The notes below the pieces were generated by a model. That model was not told where the DNA came from. It saw nothing but the letters and a program-made list of their open reading frames with translations, and did no database searches. A program made the translations under genes and the position numbers. Source: the human T2T-CHM13v2.0 reference genome, Homo sapiens. From it: a stretch of DNA of 64,000 nt. Shown piece by piece: positions 1-15,800 of this stretch; position 1 is the stretch's first letter, and each line of letters starts with the position of its first letter. The stretch is from contig CP086569.2 in assembly GCA_009914755.4 (NCBI GenBank), positions 30,912,001 through 30,976,000 of the forward strand, given 5' to 3'.

Positions 1-117
1 GAATGGAATGGAATGGAATTTAATGGAATGGGATGGAATGGTATGGAATGGATAGTAATGGACTGGAGTGAAATGGACTGGAAAGGAATGGACTCAAATT
101 GAAAGGGCTCGAAAGGA
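1..117 (+). repeat. Partial 3' end of the preceding DYZ1-type HOR unit (offsets ~3446-3562)
   Basis: The sequence matches the last ~117 bp before the anchor in later units (..ggactggagtgaaatggactggaaaggaatggactcaaattgaaagggctcgaaagga). Confidence 0.8.
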
Positions 118-3100
118 ATGGAGTCAAATGGAATGGTCTGGAATGGAATGAACACGAATGTAATGCAATCCAATAGAATGGAATCGAATGGCATGGAATA
201 TAAAGAAATGGAATCGAAGAGAATGGAAACAAATGGAATGGAATTGAATGGAATGGAATTGAATGGAATGGGAACGAATGGAGTGAAATTGTATGCAGTA
301 GTAGGGAATAGAATGGAATGCAAGCGAAAGGAAAGGAATGGATTGGAATGGAATGGAATTCATTGGAATGGAAGGGAATGTAGTGTAATGGACAGGCCTG
401 GAATAAAGTGGAATGCTACGGTCTCGAATGGAATAAAAATGTATGGAATGGAATGCAATGAAACGGAATCGAATGTCATAGAATGTAATGGAATGCAAAA
501 AAATGGAATCCAAAATCATTGACTGGAAAGGCTGGGTGTCGAAAGGAATTGACTCCAATGGAATGGAATCGAATGGAATGGAAGTGAATAGAATCGAACT
601 AAATCGAATGGAATGGAATTGATAGGAACGGAATGGAAAGGAATGCAATGATTTGGCATGGAATGGAATCGAAAGGCATCGAATGGAATGGAATGGAATG
701 CAATGGAATGGAATGTATTAGAATGTAATGAACTTTAATGGAATGTACTCGAATGGATTCGACTGGAATGGAATGTTCTGGAAGTGAATGGACTCCAATG
801 GAATGGATTCCAAAGGAATGGAATCGTACGGAATGGAATCTAATGGAATGGAATTAAATGGAAATGAATCAAATTGAATAGCACGGAATTGAATTGAATG
901 GAATGGAATGCAATGGAATCTAATGAAACGGAAAGGAAAGGAATGGAATGGAATGGAATGGGCTGGAATGGAAAGGAATCGAAACGAATGGAATGGAATC
1001 GAACTGAAGAGACTGGAATGGAATGCACTGGAATGGAAGGGAGTGTAATGGAAGGTTCTCGAAAAAAATGGAATCGAATGGAATGGAATTGAATGGAACG
1101 GAATAGAGTCGAATGGAATTGAATGGAATGGAATGGACTAGAGTGAAATGGAATCGAACCACAAGGGATGGACAGGAATACAATGGTCTCGAATTGAATG
1201 GAATCGTATGGAATGGCATCAAACGGAATGGAATGGACAGCCACGGAATTGAATGCACTCGAATGCAATGGAGTCGAAACTAATGGACTGGAATAGAATG
1301 GACTCGACTGGTACGGACTCCAATGGAATGGAATCGAATGGAAGGGAATCGAACGGAATGGACTCGAAGGGAAAAGACTGCAATGGAAAGGTCTCGAATG
1401 GAATGGAAATTAATGGAATGGAATGGAATCGAATGAAATGGAGTCAAAAGGAATGGAATCGAATGGCAAGAAATCGAATGTAATGGAATCGCAAGGAATT
1501 GATGTGAACGGAACGGAATGGAATGGAATCCAAAGGAATGGAATAGAATGGAATGGAATCGAATGGAAAGGACTCGAATGGAAATCACTCGAATAGAATG
1601 CAATTTAATAAAATAGGATCAAATGTAATGGAATGGAATGGAAAGGAATCGAAACGAAAGGAATGGAGACAGATGGAATGGAATGGAACAGAGAGCAATG
1701 GTATAGAATGGAATGGAATCATCTGGAATGGAATTGAATGGAATGGAATAATATGAAATGGAATGGAATGGAATGGAATGGAATGCCCTTGAATTAAATG
1801 GACTGGAATGGAATGGACTCGAACAGAGTGGAATGGAAAGTGTTGAGATAGAATGGAATGGACTCCTTTGGAATGGTGTAGTATGCAATGCAATCGACTG
1901 GCAGGGAATCAAAAGGAATGAAATGGAATGGACTGGACTGGAATGCAATGGACTCGAATAGATTGGAAACGGAATGCAAAGGAATGGAATGGAATAGTAT
2001 GGAATGGAATGGAAAGGAATGGAGTGGAATAGACTAGAGTGGAATGGAATGGACTGGAAAGCAATGGACTGGAATGGAACTTTCTTGAATGGACTGGAAT
2101 CAAACGGAATGGAATGCAATGCAATCAAATGGCATGGAATAAAATTGAATGAAAGAGAATGAAATGGAATTGAATCGAATGGAATCGAATGGATTGGAAA
2201 GGAATAGAATGGAATGGAATGGAATGGACTCAAATGGAATGGACTAGAATGGAATGGATTCGAATGGAAGGCAAAGGAATGGAATCTATTGGAATGGACT
2301 GTAATGGAATGGAATGGAAGGGATTGGAATGGACTCGAATGGAATGGACTGCAATAGAAAGGATTCGAATGGAATGAAAAAGAATTGAATGGAATAGAAC
2401 AGAATGGAATCAAATCGAATGAAATGGAATGGAATAGAAAGGAATGGAATGAAATGAATGGAAAGGATTCGAATGGAATGCAATCGAATGGAATGGAATC
2501 GAACGGAATGGAATAAAATGGAAGAAAACTGGCAAGAAATGGAATCGAAATGAATGGAGTGTTATGGAACGGACTCAAAAGGAATTGAATGTAATAGAAT
2601 GGAGTGGAGTGGACTCGAATATAATGGACTGGAATGGAATGAAATCACATGGAATGGGAACGAATGGAATGGAATGGAAAGGAATGGAATCGAATGGAAA
2701 GGAATCGAATGGAAGGGAATGAAATTGAATCAACAGGAATGGAAGGGAATAGAATAGACGGTAATGGAATGGACTCGAATAGAATGGACACGAATGCTCA
2801 AATTGAATGGACTCGAATGGAATGGAAACGAAAGGAATGTCATCGAATGGAATTGAATCGATTGGAATGAAATCGCATAGAATGGAGTGGAATCAAATGG
2901 AATTGAATCGAAAGGAAAGGAAGCAAATGGACTGAAATGAAATGGAATGGAATTGAATGGAAAGTTATGTAATGGAATACAATGGAACGAAATTTCACGG
3001 AATGGAATCAAACTGAATGGAATCAAATCAATGGAATCAAATCAAATGGAATGGAAAGGAATTGAATGGAGTAGATTGGATGGGATGGGATTGGAATGAA

Positions 3101-3680
3101 ATGTACTGGAAAGGACTCGAATTTCATGAAACGGAATGGAATGAATTGGAACGGAATGGACTCGAATGGAATGGAATGTCAGGGAATGGCATCAAATGGA
3201 ATGGCATCAAATGGAATGGAATCGAATGCAATGGAATGCTATGGAATGGAATGGAATGCATTGGAATGGAATGTCCTCTAATGGAATGGATTCGAGTGGA
3301 ATGGAATCGAATATAATGGAGTCGAATGAAATGGAATTGAAAGGAATGGGATCGAATACAATGGAATATACTGGAATGTAATGTAATGAACTCGAATGTA
3401 ATTGACTGGAATGGAATGTACATGAATGGAATGCAATTGAATGGAAAGTAATCCAATGGAATAGAATCTAATGCAATAAAATCGACTCAGATAGAGTAGA
3501 ATGTAATGGAATGGAGTGCAGTGCAATGGAATGGAACGGAATGGAATGCAATGGAATGGAATGGAATGGGATGGAATGGAATGGAATGGAATGGGATGGA
3601 ATTGTATGGAATGGATAGTAATGGACTGGAGTGAAATGGACTGGAAAGGAATGGACTCAAATTGAAAGGGCTCGAAAGGA
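118..3680 (+). repeat. HOR unit 1 (3563 bp)
   Basis: Anchor to anchor; the phase is arbitrary and starts at ATGGAGTCAAATGG. GGCC at 395-398. It carries a unit-specific 'gtagtagggaatag' variant at offset ~180. Confidence 0.8.
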
Positions 3681-6600
3681 ATGGAATCAAATGGAATGGT
3701 CTGGAATGGAATGAACACGAATGTAATGCAACCCAATAGAATGGAATCGAATGGCATGGAATATAAAGAAATGGAATCGAAGAGAATGGAAACAAATGGA
3801 ATGGAATTGAATGGAATGGAATTGAATGGAATGGGAACGAATGGAGTGAAATTGTATGCAGTAGAAGAGAATAGAATGGAATGCAAGCGAAAGGAAAGGA
3901 ATGGATTGGAATGGAATGGAATTCATTGGAATGGAAGGGAATGTAGTGTAATGGACAGGCCTGGAATAAAGTGGAATGATACGGTCTCGAATGGAATAAA
4001 AATGTATGGAATGGAATGCAATGAAACGGAATCGAATGTCATAGAATGTAATGGAATGCAAAAAAATGGAATCCAAAATCATTGACTGGAAAGGCTGGGT
4101 GTCGAAAGGAATTGACTCCAATGGAATGGAATCGAATGGAATGGAAGTGAATAGAATCGAACTAAATCGAATGGAATGGAATTGATAGGAACGGAATGGA
4201 AAGGAATGCAATGATTTGGCATGGAATGGAATCGAATGGCATCGAATGGAATGGAATGGAATGCAATGGAATGGAATGTATTAGAATGTAATGAACTTTA
4301 ATGGAATGTACTCGAATGGATTCGACTGGAATGGAATGTTCTGTAAGTAAATGGACTCCAATGGAATGGATTCCAAAGGAATGGAATCGTACGGAATGGA
4401 ATCTAATGGAATGGAATTAAATGGAAATGAATCAAATTGAATAGCACGGAATTGAATTGAATGGAATGGAATGCAATGGAATCTAATGAAACGGAAAGGA
4501 AAGGAATGGAATGGAATGGAATGGGCTGGAATGGAAAGGAATCGAAACGAATGGAATGGAATCGAACTGAAGAGACTGGAATGGAATGCACTGGAATGGA
4601 AGGGAGTGTAATGGAAGGTTCTCGAAAAAAATGGAATCGAATGGAATGCAATTGAATGGAACGGAATAGAGTCGAATGGAATTGAATGGAATGGAATGGA
4701 CTAGAGTGAAATGGAATCGAACCACAAGGAATGGACAGGAATAGAATGGTCTCGAATTGAATGGAATAGTATGGAATGGCATCAAACGGAATGGAATGGA
4801 CAGCCACGGAATGGAATGCACTCGAATGCAATGGAGTCGAAACTAATGGACTGGAATAGAATGGACTCGACTGGTACGGACTCCAGTGGAATGGAATCGA
4901 ATGGAAGGGAATCGAACGGAATAGACTCGAAGGGAAAAGACTGCAATGGAAAGGTCTCGAATGGAATGGAAATTAATGGAATGGAATGGAATCGAATGAA
5001 ATGGAGTCAAAAGGAATGGAATCGAATGGCAAGAAATCGAATGTAAAGGAATCGCAAGGAATTGATGTGAACGGAACGGAATGGAATGGAATCCAAAGGA
5101 ATGGAATAGAATGGAATGGAATCGAATGCAAAGGACTCGAATGGAAATCACTCGAATAGAATGCAATTTAATAAAATAGGATCAAATATAATGGAATGGA
5201 ATGGAAAGGAATCGAAACGAAAGGAATGGAGACAGATGGAATGGAATGGAACAGAGAGCAATGGTATAGAATGGAATGGAATCATCTAGAATGTAATTGA
5301 ATGGAATGGAATAATATGAAATGGAATGGAATGGAATGGAATGCCCTTGAATTAAATGGACTGGAATGGAATGGACTCGAACAGAGTGGAATGGAAAGTG
5401 TTGAGATAGAATGGAATGGACTCCTTTGGAATGGTGTAGTATGCAATGCAATCGACTGACAGGGAATCAAAAGGAATGTAATCGAATGGATTGGACTGGA
5501 ATGCAATGGACTCGAATAGATTGGAAACGGAATGCAAAGGAATGGAATGGAATAGTATGGAATGGAATGGAAAGGAATGGAGTGGAATAGACTAGAGTGG
5601 AATGGAATGGACTCGAAAGCAATGGACTGGAATGGAACTTTCTTGAATGGACTGGAACCAAACGGAATGGAATGCAATGCAATCAAATGGCATGGAATAA
5701 GATAGAATGAAAGAGAATCAAATGGAATTGAATGGAATGGAATCGAATGGATTGGAAAGGAATAGAATGGAATGGAATGGAATTGACTCAAATGGAATGG
5801 ACTAGAATGGAATGGATTCGAATGGAAGGCAAAGGAATGGAATCTATTGGAATGGACTGTAATGGAATGCAATGGAAGGTATTGGAATGGACTCGAATGG
5901 AATGGACTGCAATAGAAAGGATTCGAATGGAATGAAAAAGAATTGAATGGAATAGAACAGAATGGAATCAAATCGAATGAAATGGAATGGAATAGAAAGG
6001 AATGGAATGAAATGGAATGGAAAGGATTCCAATGGAATGCAATCGAATGGAATGGAATCGAACGGAATGGAATAAAATGGAAGAAAACTGGCAAGAAATG
6101 GAATCGAAATGAATGGAGTGTTATGGAACGGACTCAAAAGGAATTGAATGTAATAGAATGGAGTGGAGTGGACTCGAATATAATGGACTGGAATGGAATG
6201 AAATCACATGGAAAGGGAAAGAATGGAATGGAATGGAAAGGAATGGAATTGAATGGAAAGCAATCGAACGGAAGGGAATGAAATTGAATCAACAGGAATG
6301 GAAGGGAATAGAATAGACGGTAATGGAATGGACTCTAATAGAATGGACACGAATGCTCAAATTGATTGGACTCGAATGGAATGGATACGAAAGGAATGTC
6401 ATCGAATGGAATTGAATCGATTGGAATGAAATTGCATAGAATGGAGTGGAATCAAATGGAATTGAATCGAAAGGAAAGGAAGCGAATGGACTGAAATGAA
6501 ATGGAATGGAATTGAATGGAAAGTAATGCAATGGAATAGAATGGAACGAAATTTCACGGAATGGAATCAAACTGAATGGAATCAAATCAATGGAATCAAA

Positions 6601-7224
6601 TCAAATGGAATGGAAAGGAATTGAATGGAGTAGATGGGATTGGATGAGATTGGAATGAAATGTACTGGAAAGGACTCGAATTTCATGAAACGGAATGGAA
6701 TGAATTGGAACGGAATGGACACGAATGGAATGGAATGTCATGGAATGGCATCAAATGGAATGGCATCAAATGGAATGGAATCGAATGCAATGGAATGCTA
6801 TGGAATGGAATGGAATGCATTGGAATGGAATGTCCTCTAATGGAATGGATTCGAGTGGAATGGAATCGAATATAATGGAGTCGAATTAAATGGAATTGAA
6901 AGGAATGGGACCGAATACAATGGAATATACTGGAATGTAATGTAATGAACTCGAATGTAATTGACTGGAATGGAATGTACATGAATGGAATGTAATCGAA
7001 TGGAAAGTAATCCAATGGAATAGAATCTAATGCAATAAAATCGACTCAAATAGAGTAGAATGTAATGGAATGGAGTGCAGTGCAATGGAATGGAATGGAA
7101 TGGAATGCAATGGAATGGAATGGAATGGAATGGAATGGGATGGAATGGGATGGAATGGATAGTAATGGACTGGAGTGAAATGGACTGGAAAGGAATGGAC
7201 TCAAATGGAAAGGGCTCGAAAGGA
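3681..7224 (+). repeat. HOR unit 2 (3544 bp), 'gaagagaat' subtype
   Basis: Anchor at 3681 (atggaatcaaatgg variant). The ORF pattern is collinear with unit 1. Confidence 0.8.
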
Positions 7225-9237
7225 ATGGAGACAAATGGAATGGAATGGAACAGAGAGCAATGGTATAGAATGGAATGGAATCATCTGGAATGGAATTGAA
7301 TGGAATGGAATAATATGAAATGGAATGGAATGGAATGGAATGGAATGCCCTTGAATTAAATGGACTGGAATGGAATGGACTCGAACAGAGTGGAATGGAA
7401 AGTGTTGAGATAGAATGGAATGGACTCTTTTAGAATGGTCTAGTATGCAATGCAATCGACTGGCAGGGAATCAAAGGAATGTAATCGAATGGATTGGACT
7501 GGAATGCAATGGACTCGAATAGATTGGAAACGGAATGCAAAGGAATGGAATGGAATAGTATGGAATGGAATGGAAAGGAATGGAGTGGAATAGACTAGAG
7601 TGGAATGGAATGGCCTGGAAAGCAATGGACTGGAATGGAACTTTCTTGAATGGACTGGAATCAAACGGAATGGAATGCAATGCAATCAAATGGCATGGAA
7701 TAAAATAGAATGAAAGAGAATCAAATGGAATTGAATCGAATGGAATCGAATGGATTGGAAAGGAATAGAATGGAATGGAATGGAATTGACTCAAATGGAA
7801 TGGACTAGAATGGAATGGATTCGAATGGAAGGCAAAGGAATGGAATCTATTGGAATGGACAGTAATGGAATGGAATGGAAGGGATTGGAATGGACTCGAA
7901 TGGAATGGACTGCAATAGAAAGGATTCGAATGGAATGAAAAAGAATTGAATGGAATAGAACAGAATGGAATCAAATCGAATGAAATGGAATGGAATAGAA
8001 AGGAATGGAATGAAATGGAATGGAAAGGATTCGAATGGAATGCAATCGAATGGAATGGAATCGAACGGAATGGAATAAAATGGAAGAAAACTGGCAAGAA
8101 ATGGAATCGAAATGAATGGAGTGTTATGGAACGGACTCAAAAGGAATTGAATGTAATAGAATGGAGTGGAGTGGACTCGAATATAATGGACTGGAATGGA
8201 ATGAAATCACATGGAATGGGAACGAATGGAATGGAATGGAAAGGAATGGAATCGAATGGAAAGGAATCGAATGGAAGGGAATGAAATTGAATCAACAGGA
8301 ATGGAAGGGAATAGAATAGACGGTAATGGAATGGACTCGAATAGAATGGACACGAATGCTCAAATTAAATGGACTCGAATGGAATGGAAACGAAAAGAAT
8401 GTCATCGAATGGAATTGAATCGATTGGAATGAAATCGCATAGAATGGAGTGGAATCAAATGGAATTGAATCGAAAGGAAAGGAAGCGAATGGACTGAAAT
8501 GAAATGGAATGGAATTGAATGGAAAGTAATGCAATGGAATAGAATGGAACGAAATTTCACGGAATGGAATCAAACTGAATGGAATCAAATCAATGGAATC
8601 AAATCAAATGGAATGGAAAGGAATTGAATGGAGTAGATTGGATTGGATGGGATTGGAATGAAATGTACTGGAAAGGACTCGAATTTCATGAAACGGAATG
8701 GAATGAATTGGAACGGAATGGACTCGAATGGAATGGAATGTCATGGAATGGCATCAAATGGAATGGCATCAAATGGAATGGAATCGAATGCAATGGAATG
8801 CTATGGAATGGAATGGAATGCATTGGAATGGAATGTCCTCTAATGGAATGGATTCGAGTGGAATGGAATCGAATATAATGGAGTCGAATGAAATGGAATT
8901 GAAAGGAATGGGATCGAATACAATGGAATATACTGGAATGTAATGTAATGAACTCGAATGTAATTGACTGGAATGGAATGTACATGAATGGAATGTAATC
9001 GAATGGAAAGTAATCCAATGGAATAGAATCTAATGCAATAAAATCGACTCAGATAGAGTAGAATGTAATGGAATGGAGTGCAGTGCAATGGAATGGAATG
9101 GAATGGAAAGCAATGGAATGGAATGGAATGGAATGGACTGGAATGGAATGGGATGGAATGGTATGGAATGGATAGTAATGGACTGGAGTGAAATGGACTG
9201 GAAAAGAATGGACTCAAATTGAAAGGGCTCGAAAGGA
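7225..9237 (+). repeat. Extra partial HOR copy (~2.0 kb, unit offsets ~1545-3558): a tandem partial-unit duplication
   Basis: At 7221-7240 the sequence 'aaggaatggag' is followed by 'acaaatggaatggaatggaacagagagcaatggtatag', which matches unit offset ~1545 (5221-5260), not the anchor. Downstream ORFs (7201, 7471, 7750, 7946, 8116, 8292, 8579) repeat those at 5182, 5282, 5732, 5943, 6113, 6289 about 2.0 kb later. Confidence 0.75.
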
Positions 9238-12200
9238 ATGGAGTCAAATGGAATGGTCTGGAATGGAATGAACACGAATGTAATGCAATCCAATAGAATG
9301 GAATCGAATGGCATGGAATATAAAGAAATGGAATCGAAGAGAATGGAAACAAATGGAATGGAATTGAATGGAATGGAATTGAATGGAATGGGAAGGAATG
9401 GAGTGAAATTGTATGCAGTAGAAGAGAATAGAATGGAATGCAAGCGAAAGGAAAGGAATGGATTGCAATGGAATGGAATTCATTGGAATGGAAGGGAATG
9501 TAGTGTAATGGACAGGCCTGGAATAAAGTGGAATGCTACGGTCTCGAATGGAATAAAAATGTATGGAATGGAATGCAATGAAACGGAATCGAATGTCATA
9601 GAATGTAATGGAATGCAACAAAATGGAATCCAAAATCATTGACTGGAAAGGCTGGGTGTCGAAAGGAATTGACTCCAATGGAATGGAATCGAATGGAATG
9701 GAAGTGAATAGAATCGAACTAAATCGAATGGAATGGAATTGATAGGAACGGAATGGAAAGGAATGCAATGATTTGGCATGGAATGGAATCGAATGGCATC
9801 GAATGGAATGGAATGGAATGCAATGTAATGGAATGTATTAGAATGTAATGAACATTAATGGAATGTACTCGAATGGATTCGACTGGAATGGAATGTTCTG
9901 GAAGTGAATGCACTCCAATGGAATGGATTCGAAAGGAATGGAATCGAACGCAATGGAATCTAATGGAATGGAATTAAATGGAAATGAATCAAATTGAATA
10001 GCACGGAATTGAATTGAATGGAATCGAATGCAATGGAATCTAATGAAACGGAAAGGAAAGGAATGGAATGGAATGGAATGGGCTGGAATGGAAAGGAATC
10101 GAAACGAATGGAATGGAATCGAACTGAAGAGACTGGAATGGAATGCACTGGAATGGAAGGGATTGTAATGGAAGGTTCTCGAAAATAATGGAAGCAAATG
10201 GAATGGAATTGAATGGAACGGAATAGAGTCGAATGGAATTGAATGGAATGGAATGGACTAGAGTGAAATGGAATCGAACCACAAGGAATGGACAGGAATA
10301 GAATGGTCTCGAATTGAATGGAATCGTATGGAATGGCATCAAACGGAATGGAATGGACAGCCACGGAATGGAATGCACTCGAATGCAATGGAGTCGAAAC
10401 TTATGGACTGGAATAGAATGGACTCGACTGGTACGGACTCCAATGGAATGGAATCGAATGGAAGGGATTCGAACGGAATGGACTCGAAGGGAAAAGACTG
10501 CAATGGAAAGGTCTCGAATGGAATGGAAATTAATGGAATGGAATGGAATCGAATGAAATGGAGTCAAAAGGAATGGAATCGAATGGCAAGAAATCGAATG
10601 TAATGGAATCGCAAGGAATTGATGTGAACGGAACGGAATGGAATGGAATCCAAAGGAATGGAATAGAATGGAATGGAATCGAATGGAAAGGACTCGAATG
10701 GAAATCACTCGAATAGAATGAAATTTAATAAAATAGGATCAAATGTAATGGAATGGAATGGAAAGGAATCGAAACGAAAGGAATGGAGACAGATGGAATG
10801 GAATGGAACAGAGAGCAATGGTATAGAATGGAATGGAATCATCTGGAATGGAATTGAATGGAATGGAATAATATGAAATGGAATGGAATGGAATGGAATG
10901 GAATGCCCTTGAATTAAATGGACTGGAATGGAATGGACTCGAACAGAGTGGAATGGAAAGTGTTGAGATAGAATGGAATGGACTCCTTTGGAATGGTGTA
11001 GTATGCAATGCAATCGACTGGCAGGGAATCAAAAGGAATGTAATCGAATGGATTGGACTGGAATGCAATGGACTCGAATCGATTGGAAACGGAATGCAAA
11101 GGAATGGAATGGAATAGTATGGAATGGAATGGAAAGGAATGGAGTGGAATAGACTAGAGTGGAATGGAATGGACTGGAAAGCAATGGACTGGAATGGAAC
11201 TTTCTTGAATGGACTGGAATCAAACGGAATGGAATGCAATGCAATCAAATGGCATGGAATAAAATAGAATGAAAGAGAATCAAATGGAATTGAATCGAAT
11301 GGAATCGAATGGATTGGAAAGGAATAGAATGGAATGGAATGGAATTGACTCAAATGGAATGGACTAGAATGGAATGGATTCGAATGATAGGCAAAGGAAT
11401 GGAATCTATTGGAATGGACTGTAATGGAATGGAATGGAAGGGATTGGAATGGACTCGAATGGAATGGACTGCAATAGAAAGGATTCGAATGGAATGAAAA
11501 AGAATTGAATGGAATAGAACAGAATGGAATCAAATCGAATGAAATGGAATGGAATAGAAAGGAATGGAATGAAATGGAATGGAAAGGATTCGAATGGAAT
11601 GCAATCGAATGGAATGGAATCGAACGGAATGGAATAAAATGGAAGAAAACTGGCAAGAAATGGAATCGAAATGAATGGAGTGTTATGGAACGGACTCAAA
11701 AGGAATTGAATGTAATAGAATGGAGTGGAGTGGACTCGAATATAATGGACTGGAATGGAATGAAATCACATGGAATGGGAACGAATGGAATGGAATGGAA
11801 AGGAATGGAATCGAATGGAAAGGAATCGAATGGAAGGGAATGAAATTGAATCAACAGGAATGGAAGGGAATAGAATAGACGGTAATGGAATGGACTCGAA
11901 TAGAATGGACACGAATGCTCAAATTGAATGGACTCGAATGGAATGGAAACGAAAGGAATGTCATCGAATGGAATTGAATCGATTGGAATGAAATCGCATA
12001 GAATGGAGTGGAATCAAATGGAATTGAATCGAAAGGAAAGGAAGCGAATGGACTGAAATGAAATGGAATGGAATTGAATGGAAAGTAATGCAATGGAATA
12101 GAATGGAACGAAATTTCACGGAATGGAATCAAACTGAATGGAATCAAATCAATGGAATCTAATCAAATGGAATGGAAAGGAATTGAATGGAGTGGATTGG

Positions 12201-12806
12201 ATTGGATGGGATTGGAATGATATGTACTGGAAAGGACTCGAATTTCATGAAACGGAATGGAATGAATTGGAACGGAATGGACTCGAATGGAATGGAATGT
12301 CATGGAATGGCATCAAATGGAATGGCATCAAATGGAATGGAATCGAATGCAATGGAATGTTATGGAATGGAATGGAATGCATTGGAATGGAATGTCCTCT
12401 AATGGAATGGATTCGAGTGGAATGGAATCGAATATAATGGAGTCGAATGAAATGGAATTGAAAGGAATGGGATCGAATACAATGGAATATACTGGAATGT
12501 AATGTAATGAACTCGAATGTAATTGACTGGAATGGAATGTACATGAACGGAATGTAATCGAATGGAAAGCAATCCAATGGAATAGAATCTAATGCAATAA
12601 AACCGACTCAGATAGAGTAGAATGTAATGGAATGGAGTGCAGTGCAATGGAATGGAATGGAATGGAATGCAATGGAATGGAATGGAATGGAATGGAATGG
12701 AATGGAATGGAATGGAATGGGATGGAATGGTATGGAATGGATAGTAATGGACTGGAGTGAAATGGACTGGAAAGGAATGGACTCAAATTGAAAGGGCTCG
12801 AAAGGA
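9238..12806 (+). repeat. HOR unit 3 (3569 bp), 'gaagagaat' subtype
   Basis: Anchor to anchor. Confidence 0.8.
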
Positions 12807-15800
12807 ATGGAGTCAAATGGAATGGTCTGGAATGGAATGAACACGAATGTAATGCAATCCAATAGAATGGAATCGAATGGCATGGAATATAAAGAAATGG
12901 AATCGAAGAGAATGGAAACAAATGGAATGGAATTGAATGGAATGGAATTGAATGGAATGGGAACGAATGGAGTGAAATTGTATGCAGTAGAAGGGAATAG
13001 AATGGAATGCAAGCGAAAGGAAAGGAATGGATTGGAATGGAATGGAATTCATTGGAATGGAAGGGAATGTAGTGTAATGGACAGGCCTGGAATAAAGTGG
13101 AATGCTACGGTCTCGAATGGAATAAAAATGTATGGAATGGAATGCAATGAAACGGAATCGAATGTCATAGAATGTAATGGAATGCAACAAAATGGAATCC
13201 AAAATCATTGACTGGAAAGGCTGGGTGTCGAAAGGAATTGACTCCAATGGAATGGAATCGAATGGAATGGAAGTGAATAGAATCGAACTAAATCGAATGG
13301 AATGGAATTGATAGGAACGGAATGGAAAGGAATGCAATGATTTGGCATGGAATGGAATCGAATGGCATCGAATGGAATGGAATGGAATGCAATGGAATGG
13401 AATGTATTAGAATGGAATGAACTTTAATGGAATGTACTCGAATGGATTCGACTGGAATGGAATGTTCTGAAAGTGAATGGACTCCAATGGAATGGATTCA
13501 AAAGGAATGGAATCGTACGGAATGGAATCTAATGGAATGGAATTAAATGGAAGTGAATCAAATTCAATAGCACGGAATTGAATTGAATGGAATGGAATGC
13601 AATGGAATCTAATGAAACGGAAAGGAAAGGAATGGAATGGAATGGAATGGGCTGGAATGGAAAGGAATCGAAACGAATGGAATGGAATCGAACTGAAGAG
13701 ACTGGAATGGAATGCACTGGAATGGAAGGGAGTGTAATGGAAGGTTCTCGAAAAAAATGGAATCGAATGGAATGGAATTGAATGGAACGGAATAGAGTCG
13801 AATGGAATTGAATGGAATGGAATGGACTAGAGTGAAATGGATTCGAACCACAAGGAATGGACAGGAATAGAATGGTCTCGAATTGAATGGAATCGTATGG
13901 AATGGCATCAAACGGAATGGAATGGACAGCCACGGAATGGAATGCACTCGAATGCAATGGAGTCGAAACTAATGGACTGGAATAGAATGGACTCGACTGG
14001 TACGGACTCCAATGGAATGGAATCGAATGGAAGGGAATCGAACGGAATGGACTCGAAGGGAAAAGACTGCAATGGAAAGGTCTCGAATGGAATGGAAATT
14101 AATGGAATGGAATGGAATCGAATGAAATGGAGTCAAAAGGAATGGAATCGAATGGCAAGAAATCGAATGTAATGGAATCGCAAGGAATTGATGTGAACGG
14201 AACGGAATGGAATGGAATCCAAAGGAATGGAATAGAATGGAATGGAATCGAATGGAAAGGACTCGAATGGAAATCACTCGAATAGAATGCAATTTAATAA
14301 AATAGGATCAAATGTAATGGAATGGAATGGAAAGGAATCGAAACGAAAGGAATGGAGACAGATGGAATGGAATGGAACAGAGAGCAATGGTATAGAATGG
14401 AATGGAATCATCTGGAATGGAATTGAATGGAATGGAATAATATGAAATGGAATGGAATGGAATGGAATGGAATGCCCTTGAATTAAATGGACTGGAATGG
14501 AATGGACTCGAACAGAGTGGAATGGAAAGTGTTGAGATAGAATGGAATGGACTCCTTTGGAATGGTGTAGTATGCAATGCAATCGACTGGCAGGGAATCA
14601 AAAGGAATGTAATCGAATGGATTGGACTGGAATGCAATGGACTCGAATAGATTGGAAACGGAATGCAAAGGAATGGAATGGAATAGTATGGAATGGAATG
14701 GAAAGGAATGGAGTGGAATAGACTAGAGTGGAATGGAATGGACTGGAAAGCAATGGACTGGAATGGAACTTTCTTGAATGGACTGGAATCAAACGGAATG
14801 GAATGCAATGCAATCAAATGGCATGGAATAAAATAGAATGAAAGAGAATCAAATGGAATTGAATCGAATGGAATCGAATGGATTGGAAAGGAATAGAATG
14901 GAATGGAATGGAATTGACTCAAATGGAATGGACTAGAATGGAATGGATTCGAATGGAAGGCAAAGGAATGGAATCTATTGGAATGGACTGTAATGGAATG
15001 GAATGGAAGGGATTGGAATGGACTCGAATGGAATGGACTGCAATAGAAAGGATTCGAATGGAATGAAAAAGAATTGAATGGAATAGAACAGAATGGAATC
15101 AAATCGAATGAAATGGAATGGAATAGAAAGGAATGGAATGAAATGGAATGGAAAGGATTCGAATGGAATGCAATCGAATGGAATGGAATCGAACGGAATG
15201 GAATAAAATGGAAGAAAACTGGCAAGAAATGGAATCGAAATGAATGGAGTGTTATGGAACGGAGTCAAAAGGAATTGAATGTAATAGAATGGAGTGGAGT
15301 GGACTCGAATATAATGGACTGGAATGGAATGAAATCACATGGAATGGGAACGAATGGAATGGAATGGAAAGGAATGGAATCGAATGGAAAGGAATCGAAT
15401 GGAAGGGAATGAAATTGAATCAACAGGAATGGAAGGGAATAGAATAGACTGTAATGGAATGGACTCGAATAGAATGGACACGAATGCTCAAATTGAATGG
15501 ACTCGAATGGAATGGAAACGAAAGGAATGTCATCGAATGGAATTGAATCGATTGGAATGAAATCGCATAGAATGGAGTGGAATCAAATGGAATTGAATCG
15601 AAAGGAAAGGAAGCGAATGGACTGAAATGAAATGGAATGGAATTGAATGGAAAGTAATGCAATGGAATAGAATGGAACGAAATTTCACGGAATGGAATCA
15701 AACTGAATGGAATCAAATCAATGGAATCAAATCAAATGGAATGGAAAGGAATTGAATGGAGTAGATTGGATTGGATGGGATTGGAATGAAATGTACTGGA

